Translations under genes and position numbers: made by a program
The notes under the pieces: generated by a model
Told to the model about the DNA's origin: nothing
Seen by the model: only the letters and a program-made list of their open reading frames with translations
Databases searched by the model: none
In this document: positions 48,069 through 58,905 of the stretch, piece by piece
Position numbering within the stretch: the first letter of the stretch is position 1
How the letters are laid out: each line of letters begins with the position of its first letter
Origin: Syntrophorhabdaceae bacterium
GTDB lineage: Bacteria; Desulfobacterota; Syntrophorhabdia; Syntrophorhabdales; Syntrophorhabdaceae
DNA: 64,000 bases
NCBI GenBank assembly: GCA_963665295.1
Contig: OY762209.1
Location: forward strand, 1,344,001 to 1,408,000
Reading direction: 5' to 3'

Positions 48069-50627
48069 TCACTCTTTGTACAATCGATAGCTGTTTCTTC
48101 CCGTCCTCTTCGCTTCATACATGGCGATGTCGGCCTTTTTTACCAGCGTGTCGATGTCATTGCCGTCCTGCGGGTAAAGGGAGACCCCAACGCTGGTGGT
48201 GACGGACACCTCATGGCCGGTCAGGGCAAAGGGGCTGCGGAATGTTTCAACAATCTTCCCCGCGATCACGTCTGCATAACCTTCCCACCCCACATCAGGG
48301 ATTATCACAAGATACTCATCTCCGCCCATGCGCGCTACCGTATCACCCCTTCTCAAAAGGTCGGTAAGGCGTTGCGCAACATTTATGAGCAGTGCGTCTC
48401 CTACATCATGACCGAGGGTGTCATTAATGTCCTTGAATCTATCAAGATCGAGAAGCATTACGGCGACTTTGTCTTTGTTGCGGTCGGCATTTGTCATTGC
48501 CAGAGTGAGCCTGTCGTTGAAAAGGGGGCGGTTGGGCAGTCCCGTCAGGGCATCATGGTAAGCGAGCCTTCTGATTGTTTGCTCCGCATCCTTACGGGCC
48601 GTGATATTTTCCATGGTTCCCTCGTAGTAAAGGATGTTTCCCGACTCGTCGCGAACGGACCTGGCGTTGATGGATGCCCAGATGGCGCTCCCATCTCTTC
48701 TGTGCAGCCTCGTTTCGAAGGCTTGTATGGTGTTGTTGTTTTCGAGGTTTTGCAGGTACTGCAAACGATCGGAAGGGTCCATATAGACCTCGCGGGCAAT
48801 ATCCGCACAGGCTTTGACCATCTCTTCCGGGGATGAGAATCCCAGCATTTTTGCCAGCGCCGGATTTGCGCTGAGAACACGTCCGTCCACGGTGGTCTGG
48901 AATATCCCCTCGATGGTATTTTCAAATATCTTCCGGTATTTTTCTTCGCTCCCCTTGAGCGCTTCTTCTGTTTCCTTCTTCCCCGTAATATCCCTCAAGG
49001 ATTCGATTGCGCCGATAGCATTCCCCTCTTTATCAAAGAGCAGCGAGGCGATTCCCCAACAATATGCCCCTTTACCATTGTATACGTTAGGCAGGTGGAT
49101 TTCGCCGTAGGTAGTCTTCCCTTTTCTTTCCACGAGGTCGTATAGCTTGTTGATCTCGGAATCAGGAGAAAACAGGAGATCGATGAGCATCGGCCTCCTT
49201 TTGCCGTAGAAAGGAACAGCGTAGTCATGATTGCCCTTCCCGAGCATGTCCTCCTTTCTTGTACCCGTCATTTCCTCCAGGGTTCTGTTCCAGGCAACCA
49301 CCTTCTTCTCGTTGTCGATGACAAAGGTTGCATCGGGGAGGAATTCGATAATATCGTGGAGCTTTCGGGAGGAGGTCTCCAGTTCCGCTGTCCGTTCCCT
49401 GACGCGGTTTTCCAACTCGCTATGAGCCTTGCGGAGGGCGCCTTCTGCTTCCTTCCGTCTCGTAATGTCTTCGTTTGTTCCCTCATAGTAGAGGACTGCG
49501 CCATCCCCGTCACGAACCACACGGGCATTAATCGAAATCCAGAATATGCCCCCATCCTTCCGGTACACCTCGGTTTCGAAACCTCTAATGGCGCCCTGCC
49601 CGGCAAGCAGGTTCTTAAATCTCCGCCTGTCTTCGGCGTTCACGTATATCTGGTTGCCTACGTCCGTAACGCCGGCCATCATCTCTTCTGGGGATGCAAA
49701 ACCAAACATCCGGGCAAGTGCGGGGTTGACGACAATAAGATGATCATCAACGGAGATCTGGAAGATCCCTTCTGCGGAGTTTTCGAAAATACTGCGATAC
49801 TTTTGTTCGGCCTGCCTTGCCGCTTGTTCTGCGTGTTTTCGTTCCGTCATATCCCGGAAGTACCAGACTCTCCCGTAATAATGGGCATCAGGCCCGAACA
49901 TGGGCGCCGAGTAGCGGTCAAATATTCTGCCGTCCTTGAGGAATATCTCGTCGCGGCTTGTTTCCTCTTTGTGGGCATAGAGTGCATTTACCCTGCAAAG
50001 AAACTCTTCGGGGTCCGCCAGTTTTTCAAACACGGACTGCAGGGTAAGTTCATCGGACCTTGTCTCCATGACATCGGGGGGAATCCCCCACATTTTGACG
50101 AATTGCCCGTTGTAAGAGAGAATCCTGCCGGTTCCGTCCACTACGAGAATCCCGTCGATAGATGCCTCCTGCTGCGTGGAGAGAAGTATGTTCCTGAATG
50201 CAAGCTCCGCCTCTGCTTTTTTGCTCTCAGTGATGTCTTCGCAGCTTACGAGTGTCTCGCCGGCGGCGAGTTCGACAGGGATGAAGCTGATGATCTTTTC
50301 TGCCCCGTCTTTGCACGTAACGGTAAAGATGCAGGGGGTCCTTTCGCCCTTTACGTGGGCGCGCCGATGCTTTTTCAGGTCATCATGCCACATGGAGACA
50401 ACCTTTCGTCGGTATTTTATATCAGGGTACGCTTTTCTGAACCACGTCCTCCCGTCGGGTATATCAGAAAGGTCATAGCCGAAAGTCTCCGTGAATTTGC
50501 TGTTGAGATACGTGTAGGTCCCATCCCTCGCAATAACCGCGATGCCGAAAGGCGCATTTTCGGTGAGAATATGGAAATCGTTCCGTCCGGAAGGGAGAAT
50601 ACCTTCTCCTCCCTGGTTTCTCGTCAT
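48069..50627 (-). CDS. Multi-PAS diguanylate cyclase
   Basis: About five PAS domains; DALTGLPNR, RRGD I-site, GGDEY; start uncertain. Confidence 0.9.
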   Translation of the reverse strand: MTRNQGGEGILPSGRNDFHILTENAPFGIAVIARDGTYTYLNSKFTETFGYDLSDIPDGRTWFRKAYPDIKYRRKVVSMWHDDLKKHRRAHVKGERTPCIFTVTCKDGAEKIISFIPVELAAGETLVSCEDITESKKAEAELAFRNILLSTQQEASIDGILVVDGTGRILSYNGQFVKMWGIPPDVMETRSDELTLQSVFEKLADPEEFLCRVNALYAHKEETSRDEIFLKDGRIFDRYSAPMFGPDAHYYGRVWYFRDMTERKHAEQAARQAEQKYRSIFENSAEGIFQISVDDHLIVVNPALARMFGFASPEEMMAGVTDVGNQIYVNAEDRRRFKNLLAGQGAIRGFETEVYRKDGGIFWISINARVVRDGDGAVLYYEGTNEDITRRKEAEGALRKAHSELENRVRERTAELETSSRKLHDIIEFLPDATFVIDNEKKVVAWNRTLEEMTGTRKEDMLGKGNHDYAVPFYGKRRPMLIDLLFSPDSEINKLYDLVERKGKTTYGEIHLPNVYNGKGAYCWGIASLLFDKEGNAIGAIESLRDITGKKETEEALKGSEEKYRKIFENTIEGIFQTTVDGRVLSANPALAKMLGFSSPEEMVKACADIAREVYMDPSDRLQYLQNLENNNTIQAFETRLHRRDGSAIWASINARSVRDESGNILYYEGTMENITARKDAEQTIRRLAYHDALTGLPNRPLFNDRLTLAMTNADRNKDKVAVMLLDLDRFKDINDTLGHDVGDALLINVAQRLTDLLRRGDTVARMGGDEYLVIIPDVGWEGYADVIAGKIVETFRSPFALTGHEVSVTTSVGVSLYPQDGNDIDTLVKKADIAMYEAKRTGRNSYRLYKE

Positions 50628-51029
50628 ATTTCGTCCCTCTGTCACGTTCGTGTCGTCAGGCGCCGGACAACGGTTTTCCGTTTCAAGTCCCTCCACCTTG
50701 ACGGTTCTACGTGTTATATTCGCACAAACAGGCAAAAGATTAAAGAGGCAAGGAGAACCCCGGGACCGCCTGCTGCGGTCCTCAAAGCTTCTCTCCCGGG
50801 GAGCTGCACGAACCGACTGCCGCACTATCGGCGTGTCAAGGGGTGGACAACCATGAGGAAGAACCGGGCGTCCTGTGCCCGGACATGGAGAAGCAATTGA
50901 CCATCAAGGGTGACCCGAAAGGCACAGCACGTCCTCTTCGATACGCACGGGGGTTGCCGAATTGACATTTGTGCTATATTTATTGGTAGGGATCGTCTTA
51001 AGATAATCCTGCTTCAGGGGAGGTACACC

Positions 51030-51692
51030 TTGGAACAAATCATAAGGGAATACAATGAAGCCATATTCGACACCGACCGTGAAAAGGCGCTGAAGGTTGT
51101 CCGTGACGCCCTTGATAAAGGCGTCAGTCCCGAACAGGTGGTGTTCAAGCTCGTCATCCCCGCCATCGAATCGATGATCAAGTCTATCAGCGAAGATGGC
51201 GATGCGAGTCTCGCCCAACACTTTATGGCCTCCCAGATAGGGGCGGAAGTGGTTGAAGAGATGATCCCCAGATTCGAACGTCGCCCGGACGTTATCGGTC
51301 GCGTGGTGATCGGGACATCCCAGGGGGACTTTCACGGACTGGGTAAGCGGATTGTCACCGGATGTCTGAGGGTCTACATGATCGAGGTTACCGACCTTGG
51401 ACTCAACGTTTCACCCGCGCGTTTCGTCGATGAGGCTGTTGTGCGCAACGCGCAAGTGATCGGCGTATCTTCCATGATGGTGCATACTGCCAGGGGGGAG
51501 AACGGATGTCTCAAAGTACGGCAGATTCTCGAAGAACGAGGTCTCGAGGACAGGATCAAGGTAGTTGTCGGCGGAGCGCCTTACCGTTTTGACCACGAGT
51601 TATATAAGACGGTGCATGCGGATGCCTGGGCAGAGAACGGCATCGTAGCGGGGAGAGTCATCACGGACCTCATCAGGGAGGTGAGCAGATGA
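51030..51692 (+). CDS. Corrinoid (B12-binding) protein with cap domain
   Basis: GDFHGLGK (DxHxxG), SSMM, VGGAP; GGAGG RBS before TTG 51030. Confidence 0.9.
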   Translation: MEQIIREYNEAIFDTDREKALKVVRDALDKGVSPEQVVFKLVIPAIESMIKSISEDGDASLAQHFMASQIGAEVVEEMIPRFERRPDVIGRVVIGTSQGDFHGLGKRIVTGCLRVYMIEVTDLGLNVSPARFVDEAVVRNAQVIGVSSMMVHTARGENGCLKVRQILEERGLEDRIKVVVGGAPYRFDHELYKTVHADAWAENGIVAGRVITDLIREVSR

Positions 51693-52732
51693 TTACGGGA
51701 ATGGAAAGGCTTGTTGCCGCAGTGAATGGAGAGCCATCGGACCGCATTCCCGTATTCTGCAACCTTTTGGACCAGGGGGCGAGGGAATTGGGTTTGTCTC
51801 TGAAAGAATATTACTCGAAAGGCGAGTATGTTGCGGAAGGGCAACTCAGGATGCGAGAAAAATATGGGTACGACAATCTATGGAGCCTCTTTTATGTGGG
51901 GAAGGAAGCCGAACTTCTGGGGTGCAGGAAGATAGTCTTCGCAGAGGACGGCCCACCCAACGTAGGGCAAATGGTGATCAGGACCTACGACGATGTAGAA
52001 AGACTGGAGATCCCCAATGATGTATCCGGCCATCCCGCCTTCCAGGAATCGTTAAAATGCCTTAGAATCCTTCGCGCCGAAGCAGGGGGCAAGTATCCTA
52101 TCTGCGCATACATCACTGCATCCATGACCCTTCCGGCCATCCTTATGGGAATGGAACGATGGATCGAACTGCTCCTCATGGGTCCGGTTGACGTTCGCGA
52201 CGAACTTCTCGCGAAATGCTCGGACTTCTTCCGAAAGGAAATCGCGGCCTATCGAGATGCCGGTGCGGACGTGTTCGTCTATTCAAACCCCTTCGGCTCC
52301 ACCGACTTCATCTCCATGAAGTTCTTCAAGGAGGTCTCCCTCCCGTGGATGGAGCGGGACTTCAAGGGGGTAGACACGGGGGGCGTGGTTTATTACTGCG
52401 GCAGCTCACCGTTCAACAACGTGATCGACACGGTGATTGAACGACTTGGCATAACGGCCTTTTATCTGAGTCCTATGGATGACATCGTCGAGGCAAAGCG
52501 GATAATCGCGGGAAGAGGGCTATGCTGCGGCGTTATCAACGATATCAAGCTCATCGACTGGTCAAAAGAGGAGATAAGAGGCGAGGTCCGCAGGATGATT
52601 GACCAGGGTATGCCGGGAGGGCGGTTCCTCTTTGGAACGCTGGTCATGCCTTATGGTATCCCCGAAGAGAACATCAGGACCATGCTCGGAGCGGCCTACG
52701 AATTCGGAAGCTGCAAGAACGGGCGGCAATGA
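51689..52732 (+). CDS. UroD / MtaA-CmuA family protein
   Basis: ERL.AA..G...DRIPV, EAELLG, P.ENI; ATGA overlap. Confidence 0.85.
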   Translation: MITGMERLVAAVNGEPSDRIPVFCNLLDQGARELGLSLKEYYSKGEYVAEGQLRMREKYGYDNLWSLFYVGKEAELLGCRKIVFAEDGPPNVGQMVIRTYDDVERLEIPNDVSGHPAFQESLKCLRILRAEAGGKYPICAYITASMTLPAILMGMERWIELLLMGPVDVRDELLAKCSDFFRKEIAAYRDAGADVFVYSNPFGSTDFISMKFFKEVSLPWMERDFKGVDTGGVVYYCGSSPFNNVIDTVIERLGITAFYLSPMDDIVEAKRIIAGRGLCCGVINDIKLIDWSKEEIRGEVRRMIDQGMPGGRFLFGTLVMPYGIPEENIRTMLGAAYEFGSCKNGRQ

Positions 52733-53301
52733 TGGCCGAGGAGCGGCTTCTCCTTGCGGGGTGCGGCATTCTGCGCAAAGAGATCAGGTTTCTCATTAAA
52801 AAGAACGGATGGCCCCTCGATGTATCCTTTCTTGATTCCGCCCTCCATGTCGACTTCGAGGCCCTCTCGAAGGGCTTGATAAGCGTCCTTGGAAGGCATG
52901 CAGGACGAAGAGTGATCGTTTTCTACGGCGCATGTCATCCCCTCATGGAGAGGATACTCGACGAGGCAAAAGTGTGCAGAACTCCAGGGCAGAACTGCGT
53001 GGAAATGCTCCTTGGCCACGAACTGTTTACCCGGGAGCTGTCGCAGGGCGCCTTTTTCCTCCTGAAAGACTGGGCGCGGAGATTTGACGTTATTCTGAAA
53101 AGAACATTAGGAAATAACGAAGCAGTCTGGAAAGCCGTGTATCAGGAGGACAGAAAATACCTTGCCTGTATCCGCACGCCCTGTTCCGGGGATTTCAGTA
53201 TTGAAGCCGAAGCGGCAGGCGAGAAGGTGGGGCTGCCCCTCAAGTGGATGGATGCTTCCCTCGATCACCTTGAATCGGTGTTGCACGCAATGGTAACATA
53301 G
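52729..53301 (+). CDS. DUF1638 domain protein
   Basis: GCGILRKE, LH, YGAC, NCVEMLLG. Confidence 0.82.
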   Translation: MMAEERLLLAGCGILRKEIRFLIKKNGWPLDVSFLDSALHVDFEALSKGLISVLGRHAGRRVIVFYGACHPLMERILDEAKVCRTPGQNCVEMLLGHELFTRELSQGAFFLLKDWARRFDVILKRTLGNNEAVWKAVYQEDRKYLACIRTPCSGDFSIEAEAAGEKVGLPLKWMDASLDHLESVLHAMVT

Positions 53302-53318
53302 CAACGAAAAGGGACTTC

Positions 53319-54860
53319 ATGACCGAAATGATACACATAGGCAAAGATGAACTGAAGAGCCTGAAGGATCGTCTCGAAAAGCTGGCTTCGGAAAAATCGT
53401 ATCTCAATCTGCTTATCCACATGATGAGCAGATTAGGGACTGTGTCCGGCCTTGAAAACACGGTGGAAGCCATGTTGCAGGTGATTCTGAACAATATTGG
53501 CGGAACGAATCTTATCCTGTATTACTTTATTGACGATAGTATTTACTTCGCTGATGTTTTCGGTAAGAGGATGAAGCTCGATGTAATCGAGGACGCCTCT
53601 GTGAAGGAAGTCTTCCTGAGCCGGGAACCTGTCGTGCATGAACATGATTTCAACGACACGATGATGATGACTCCGGAATTTACAAAGGCAATGACCTGGA
53701 TATTTCCTCTTCTTGTAGGCTCCGATCTTGTGGGGATTTTGAAGATGGACGGAATGCACATGGGGACCGGCGCCTTGAGGCAACAATTGCCCACCTTCTT
53801 CAGCTATGCGGCCCTCATACTGAAAAACGTGATACTTGGGCACACGAGGCTCCGGAAGGCCTATGACGAGGCGCGGCAGACAAACGCGGAACTCATGAAA
53901 GAGATTGCCGAACGCAGGCGGGCAGAAGAAGCGTTGCTGAACAGCGAGGAGAAACTCAAAGCTGTTGTTTACGGGTCCCCGATCCCCCAATTCGTCATTG
54001 ACTCGGATCATGCGGTCGTCTATTGGAATAAAGCGCTGGAAGAAGTCACGGGAATCAGGGCATCGGAAGTGGTAGGCACAAGCCAGCACTGGCAGGCGTT
54101 CTACGGTACGGAGAGGCCCTGCATGGTTGACTTGATGGTAGAAGAAAGAGTTGAAGAAATCACCGAACTCTATGGGGAGAAGTGTACCACGTCAAAATTG
54201 GTGACCGGCGCATTTGAGGTTACGGACTATTTCCCCGCCCTCGGCGAGGGGGGGAAGTGGTTATATTTTACCGGCGTGGCCATTCGGGACGCCGGTGGGC
54301 GGATTATCGGCGCCCTGGAGACCCTGGAAGACATCACCGAGCGCAAACGACTTGAAGAGAAGTTGCTTGCCCAGTCAATTATTGACGAACTTACCGGACT
54401 ATATAACCGACGGGGATTCCTGACCCTTGCCCAGCAGCAGTTGAACCTGGCGGAAAGGGCGAAGAAACGGATCGTCCTCTTCTTTATGGACCTGGACCGC
54501 ATGAAGTGGATCAATGACACGCTGGGTCACCAGACGGGCGATGCGGCGTTGGTTGAAGTTGCGTCGGCCCTCCGGCAGACATTCAGAAAATCGGACATTA
54601 TCGGTCGGATGGGAGGAGATGAATTTGCGGTCCTTGCCATAGATGCCGCCCCTCACGTGGAAGAGACCGTCACACGTTTGCGCAAGTGTCTCGACAATCG
54701 CGCCGGGCCGGGAACAAGCGGATACAGACTCTCCTTGAGCGTGGGCGCGGCGCATTTCGACGCCCACAGCCCAACTTCTCTCGACGACCTCATTTGCGAA
54801 GCGGATAACCTTATGTATGGGGAGAAAAGAATGAAACAGACGGTAACCCCTCTTTCGTAG
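53319..54860 (+). CDS. Sensor diguanylate cyclase (GAF-like, PAS, GGDEF)
   Basis: DELTGLYNRR, RKSD I-site, GGDEF. Confidence 0.92.
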   Translation: MTEMIHIGKDELKSLKDRLEKLASEKSYLNLLIHMMSRLGTVSGLENTVEAMLQVILNNIGGTNLILYYFIDDSIYFADVFGKRMKLDVIEDASVKEVFLSREPVVHEHDFNDTMMMTPEFTKAMTWIFPLLVGSDLVGILKMDGMHMGTGALRQQLPTFFSYAALILKNVILGHTRLRKAYDEARQTNAELMKEIAERRRAEEALLNSEEKLKAVVYGSPIPQFVIDSDHAVVYWNKALEEVTGIRASEVVGTSQHWQAFYGTERPCMVDLMVEERVEEITELYGEKCTTSKLVTGAFEVTDYFPALGEGGKWLYFTGVAIRDAGGRIIGALETLEDITERKRLEEKLLAQSIIDELTGLYNRRGFLTLAQQQLNLAERAKKRIVLFFMDLDRMKWINDTLGHQTGDAALVEVASALRQTFRKSDIIGRMGGDEFAVLAIDAAPHVEETVTRLRKCLDNRAGPGTSGYRLSLSVGAAHFDAHSPTSLDDLICEADNLMYGEKRMKQTVTPLS

Positions 54861-54942
54861 CTCCCGGACCCTTTGCCGTAATAGCGAGCGTCTCCGGGCA
54901 TCTTTGAAGGGGAACCTGAAGCGCCGCATAGCGCCTTCTAAG

Positions 54943-56863
54943 CCGAAGTTCCCCGCCCAATATTAACCCATCACCTTGATATTCCAATGATTATGGCAGA
55001 AATTGATTTCCCGTTACTGGCTACAGTCCGAGGAGGGCAAGGGCGCGGGCCTGGAGAGGTGTCGGATCAGTAAGAAGGGTGAAGGCCGGGGCCATGGAGT
55101 CCAAAACCATCCTGCACCGGTTTTTGCATCGGGTCCCCAGTGCGGCAAGGAGGGTACGGAAGCTCTGGACGGGAAGGCCGTCAGGGGTGAGCTTGGTGGT
55201 CTTCTTTTTCTTTGCGGAAGAAGATGACTCCGCGGGCTTTACCGGGTCTCTCGTCGTTCGTGAGAGGGGAAGCTCCTCATCGTCGAAGAGCAGCGGCGTA
55301 AGGGCCTCCCTCATATGCCACTCTACGTAATAGGCGAGGGTGCAGAGAAAGATGTGGGCTCGCACGTGATCCTCGGTACGGTGGTGAATGGGACGGACGA
55401 GAAGATCGATGCCCTTCAAGGTCCTGAAGGCCCGCTCTACCCGGGCAAGGTTCTTGTAGTTCCGTACCACATCGGCGGGAGGAAGGGCTGGTTCACTCGT
55501 ACGGATCACATAGATCCCGTCGAGGGCTTCTTCTTCGGTGATTGACTCCTCGTTCCGGGCGAATGAGAAGGACCCGTCTCCGATGGTAAGGATAAAGTGC
55601 TTCGCCATCTTGTGATCGTTGACTACCGCGCCGACTTTCTTCCCTATCTCCGCTGCGGAAAGAGGCGTCCTTGTCCTTCTCCCGACCGCCCGTACAATGG
55701 AGGACAACTTCTTTTCCGTCACATCGAGGAGCGCGTTTCTTTTCCTCTTTCTCTCTTCGGCAAGAAGGGGGTTGAAGCAAGCGATGAGCCTTTCCCCCGG
55801 ATACTCGGGAGAGGTGATTTCCGCAAAGTCCTGGGTATCGAAGAGGGACATCTGGATGCTCCCCTGTCCCACAAGCTCGCGTATGGCGGAAGACCTGAGG
55901 GCCGATATCCACCCTATGCCGGGCATCTCCTTTATCTTTGTAATCTGTGTCTCCGTAAGCATGCCCCTGTCGCCCACGAGGACGAGGTGATCGAGACCGA
56001 ATCTTTCTTTGAGCTTTGCCGTCTGGTCGGGAATGGTAGAGGGATCGCCCGTATTCCCCGGATAGACGGTAACTGCAACAGGTCGGCCTTCGTGATCGGT
56101 GAGTACTCCATAGACGATGATCCTCTTTCCCTTTTCATCCCGGTCATGGCCGAACTGCGCAAGGGGACAGGTGTGGCCCTCGTAGTAACTGCTCGTCACA
56201 TCGTAGAGCACGAGCGAGCCCTCGGTAAGGTGCTTATTCGCCAGCTTCTTCTCGATCCGCTCCTGTCTTGCCAAAAGCCAGTCCAGGGCATCATAGAGTT
56301 CGTCCTCATCGGCATCTGCAACCGAGAGTTCCTCCGCCACCGAAGTAGTATGCCAGAGCCTCGTAGTTGCTAATTTCGATGAGGGGTGGATGAGGCGTTC
56401 CACGATCATGGCGATTACGAGGTCTCTCTCCCTTCCAGGCTTCGAGGCAATGACCGTATCAAGGCCAAGCTTCTTTATTGTCCCGAGTATGGCCTCCACA
56501 TGGCCGTGGGGGAGAGACTGCTCAACCTTAAAGGCTTCCTTCGGAGAGACGAGAGACTCCCCTTTCAATACACGCCTCAAGAGCTCGATCTTCTCTTCCG
56601 GCCAATCAGTGAGGTTTGCGACTGTCTTCTTCTTTATCTTTTTGCCTTCCCTCCATGCCTCCCTCAAGAGGATGGCGGGCCGGGAGTTGCGGTTGGGGAT
56701 GCTTTCGATGTACATGGAACATATATAGCAAATAGCTTACCTACATGTCAAGTACATAATGCACTATTACATGGCAACAAGTAGAAGATATGATTATCAC
56801 CAACTTTACATAATTTCAACGGGATAGAGTGATATTGGGGGGATTTCACAGGGGGAACTTCGG
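54943..56863 (-). mobile_element. IS1634-family element, copy 3
   Basis: Same IRs; duplication TCTAAG overlapping the MFS stop codon. Confidence 0.95.
55021..56715 (-). CDS. IS1634-family transposase
   Basis: Protein identical to copy 1. Confidence 0.93.
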   Translation of the reverse strand: MYIESIPNRNSRPAILLREAWREGKKIKKKTVANLTDWPEEKIELLRRVLKGESLVSPKEAFKVEQSLPHGHVEAILGTIKKLGLDTVIASKPGRERDLVIAMIVERLIHPSSKLATTRLWHTTSVAEELSVADADEDELYDALDWLLARQERIEKKLANKHLTEGSLVLYDVTSSYYEGHTCPLAQFGHDRDEKGKRIIVYGVLTDHEGRPVAVTVYPGNTGDPSTIPDQTAKLKERFGLDHLVLVGDRGMLTETQITKIKEMPGIGWISALRSSAIRELVGQGSIQMSLFDTQDFAEITSPEYPGERLIACFNPLLAEERKRKRNALLDVTEKKLSSIVRAVGRRTRTPLSAAEIGKKVGAVVNDHKMAKHFILTIGDGSFSFARNEESITEEEALDGIYVIRTSEPALPPADVVRNYKNLARVERAFRTLKGIDLLVRPIHHRTEDHVRAHIFLCTLAYYVEWHMREALTPLLFDDEELPLSRTTRDPVKPAESSSSAKKKKTTKLTPDGLPVQSFRTLLAALGTRCKNRCRMVLDSMAPAFTLLTDPTPLQARALALLGL

Positions 56864-56864
56864 T

Positions 56865-58052
56865 CTAAGCCGTTGGCATCCCCTTACGTCTTTTCCTCAC
56901 AAAGAACTGAAAATAACCGAGATTAACGAAACTTATGGAAGCGAGAATGAGAAACATTGCGGGGTAGCCCGTGAGAGGGACGACAAGGCCCATGACGGCC
57001 GGTCCGAGGGCCATTCCCAGATCGTAGGACGCGTTGAAGGTCGCCACCGCAGGACCATCCGGGGAACCCGCGTACTCAAGGGCATACACCATGGATGCAG
57101 GCATGAAAAAGGCCAGCCCCGTTCCGAACAATAACCCTACGAAGATGAACATGGAAAGGTTTGTGGAGAAGGAGAGTATCGCCATTGCCGCCATCATGAT
57201 TGAAATGAGCGTCACAATCACCTTTTCCTTGTCGCAGGTATCGAGGATTTGCCCTCCAAACACCCGGCCCGCGACAACGACTACCGCGCTCGCAGTAAAA
57301 AAGAGGCCGGGGTTCGTTACCCCGCACTGAAGCGCATAGAGGGGGAAGAAGGCAACGAGGGCTCCATAGACAAACATTTGCAGGAAGGCGGAAATACCGG
57401 GGACAACAACCTTCCATTCAATGAAAACGGCGTTGCGGGGCCGGGTACTCTGTTGAGGTGCGCCTGCCGCCTTCCCCTCCTTCGCGCTCCACGACAGAAA
57501 TAAGGAACATACACACAGGCTCGCGAATGTGAGAAAGAATACGGTGAAGTTGTAGCGGTTGACGAGAAAGATTCCAAAAGGAGCGGCCATGGCCATGGCA
57601 AGATAGGTTGCCAGGGTGAAGTACGCGAGACCCTGACCCCGATGGGCCGGTGAGATCGTCTTCACCGCATAGGTGAAGGCAGCGGTATGGACGGACGCAA
57701 AGGAGATGCCTTGAACGGCCATCACGACAAAAAGAGGCCAAAAAGGCCGGAACACGGTAAAAGCAAGGAGGGCGAGGGTGAAGAGCGTAGTGCCGAAGAG
57801 CATGACCTTTTTCTCGGAGTACTTCGTCAGGACCGCCCCCACAAAGAACCGGGAAACAAGCGCCGCGATACCCATGATACTGACAAGCGCGCCGACCTGG
57901 CTTTCGTTGGAGCCAGACCGTGTAAAATAGATGGGAACGGCGGGCATGAGGGCGAAGTAGGCAGCCTGAAAAGAGAAGAAGGCCACAAAGACGAGAACGA
58001 AATCGCGGGTGAACATCCGCGCATATTGTGAAATCCTCCCCTCATTGTCCAT
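56865..58052 (-). CDS. MFS transporter
   Basis: About 12 hydrophobic segments, 395 aa, D.GMALGP motif. Confidence 0.9.
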   Translation of the reverse strand: MDNEGRISQYARMFTRDFVLVFVAFFSFQAAYFALMPAVPIYFTRSGSNESQVGALVSIMGIAALVSRFFVGAVLTKYSEKKVMLFGTTLFTLALLAFTVFRPFWPLFVVMAVQGISFASVHTAAFTYAVKTISPAHRGQGLAYFTLATYLAMAMAAPFGIFLVNRYNFTVFFLTFASLCVCSLFLSWSAKEGKAAGAPQQSTRPRNAVFIEWKVVVPGISAFLQMFVYGALVAFFPLYALQCGVTNPGLFFTASAVVVVAGRVFGGQILDTCDKEKVIVTLISIMMAAMAILSFSTNLSMFIFVGLLFGTGLAFFMPASMVYALEYAGSPDGPAVATFNASYDLGMALGPAVMGLVVPLTGYPAMFLILASISFVNLGYFQFFVRKRRKGMPTA

Positions 58053-58582
58053 GGCGTCTCAGTCTCCCATGGGAGCGAAGGGAGGTACGGTCAATAGCTG
58101 GTCCCGGAAATATTTCCGACTTATGCCCTCTCTCCATTCTTGTGCTGCCCGTTCCTCCCCTCTTCCGACGGTTCCCCGTCGGCGGATGTGACGGCCGGCA
58201 CACGCAAAGCCATAGAGGTCAAAGCGGCATGATCCGGGTCCGTTTATGGTATATTACATACCAAACGGTATTAATGCAAGCTGTTTTCCATGGGACTGCA
58301 AGGGGTTTTCGTGATTGATGCAAAGCACTGTGTCTATTATATTATGAACGTTATATGCCATGACCGTCATCTCCCGGTACCATGGGTTATGTTTGAAATC
58401 GATCGGTAATAGTATGGAAGAGACTGTCAACCCCTTCAATACGGCCCGGGTCGGAGAACCGGTCCCCCCACGGTCGCGGCATGGCGACACGCGTATGCTG
58501 CCCCATAGGCGGTTGCGCGCCCCAAGGGTAACGAAAAATTAGGCATAATACAAACCAAAACAGCTCCCTGTAAGAATATTCA

Positions 58583-58611
58583 TTGACATGTCGTACAGAA
58601 ATCTATACAAT
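58583..58611 (+). promoter_or_regulatory. sigma70 promoter
   Basis: TTGACA-17-TACAAT immediately upstream of the riboswitch. Confidence 0.8.
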
Positions 58612-58614
58612 CGA

Positions 58615-58708
58615 AAGGTGAAAAGGGCAAACTCGCCGAAAGACGGGGGCGCAAAGCCGATGGCCTAAGGGGGTGAAGGGATTCTACCTATGGCGGCAGG
58701 GCTGCCGG
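58615..58708 (+). ncRNA. Cyclic di-GMP-I (GEMM) riboswitch
   Basis: GGGCAAAC...GAAA tetraloop...GCGCAAAGCC...GGCCTAA (receptor)...ATGGCGGC.GGGCTGCC follows the GEMM-I layout; between a promoter and a c-di-GMP gene pair. Confidence 0.88.
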
Positions 58709-58905
58709 TTCCCTTTGCCGGTTTCGCATTCCTCCTTGCTATCGATAGTATTCCCTAGGATATAACGGTATGAGCGTCGGCCAACGCCGGAAAAGCGGTG
58801 CTTTGTGGAGATAACGTGACCGGCGGAGTCGCTCTTGACATCCGCGCCCTGAGCCGGAATGGCAGTGAACTTGACTAATGACTGATTGATGGAGAATGTT
58901 TATCC

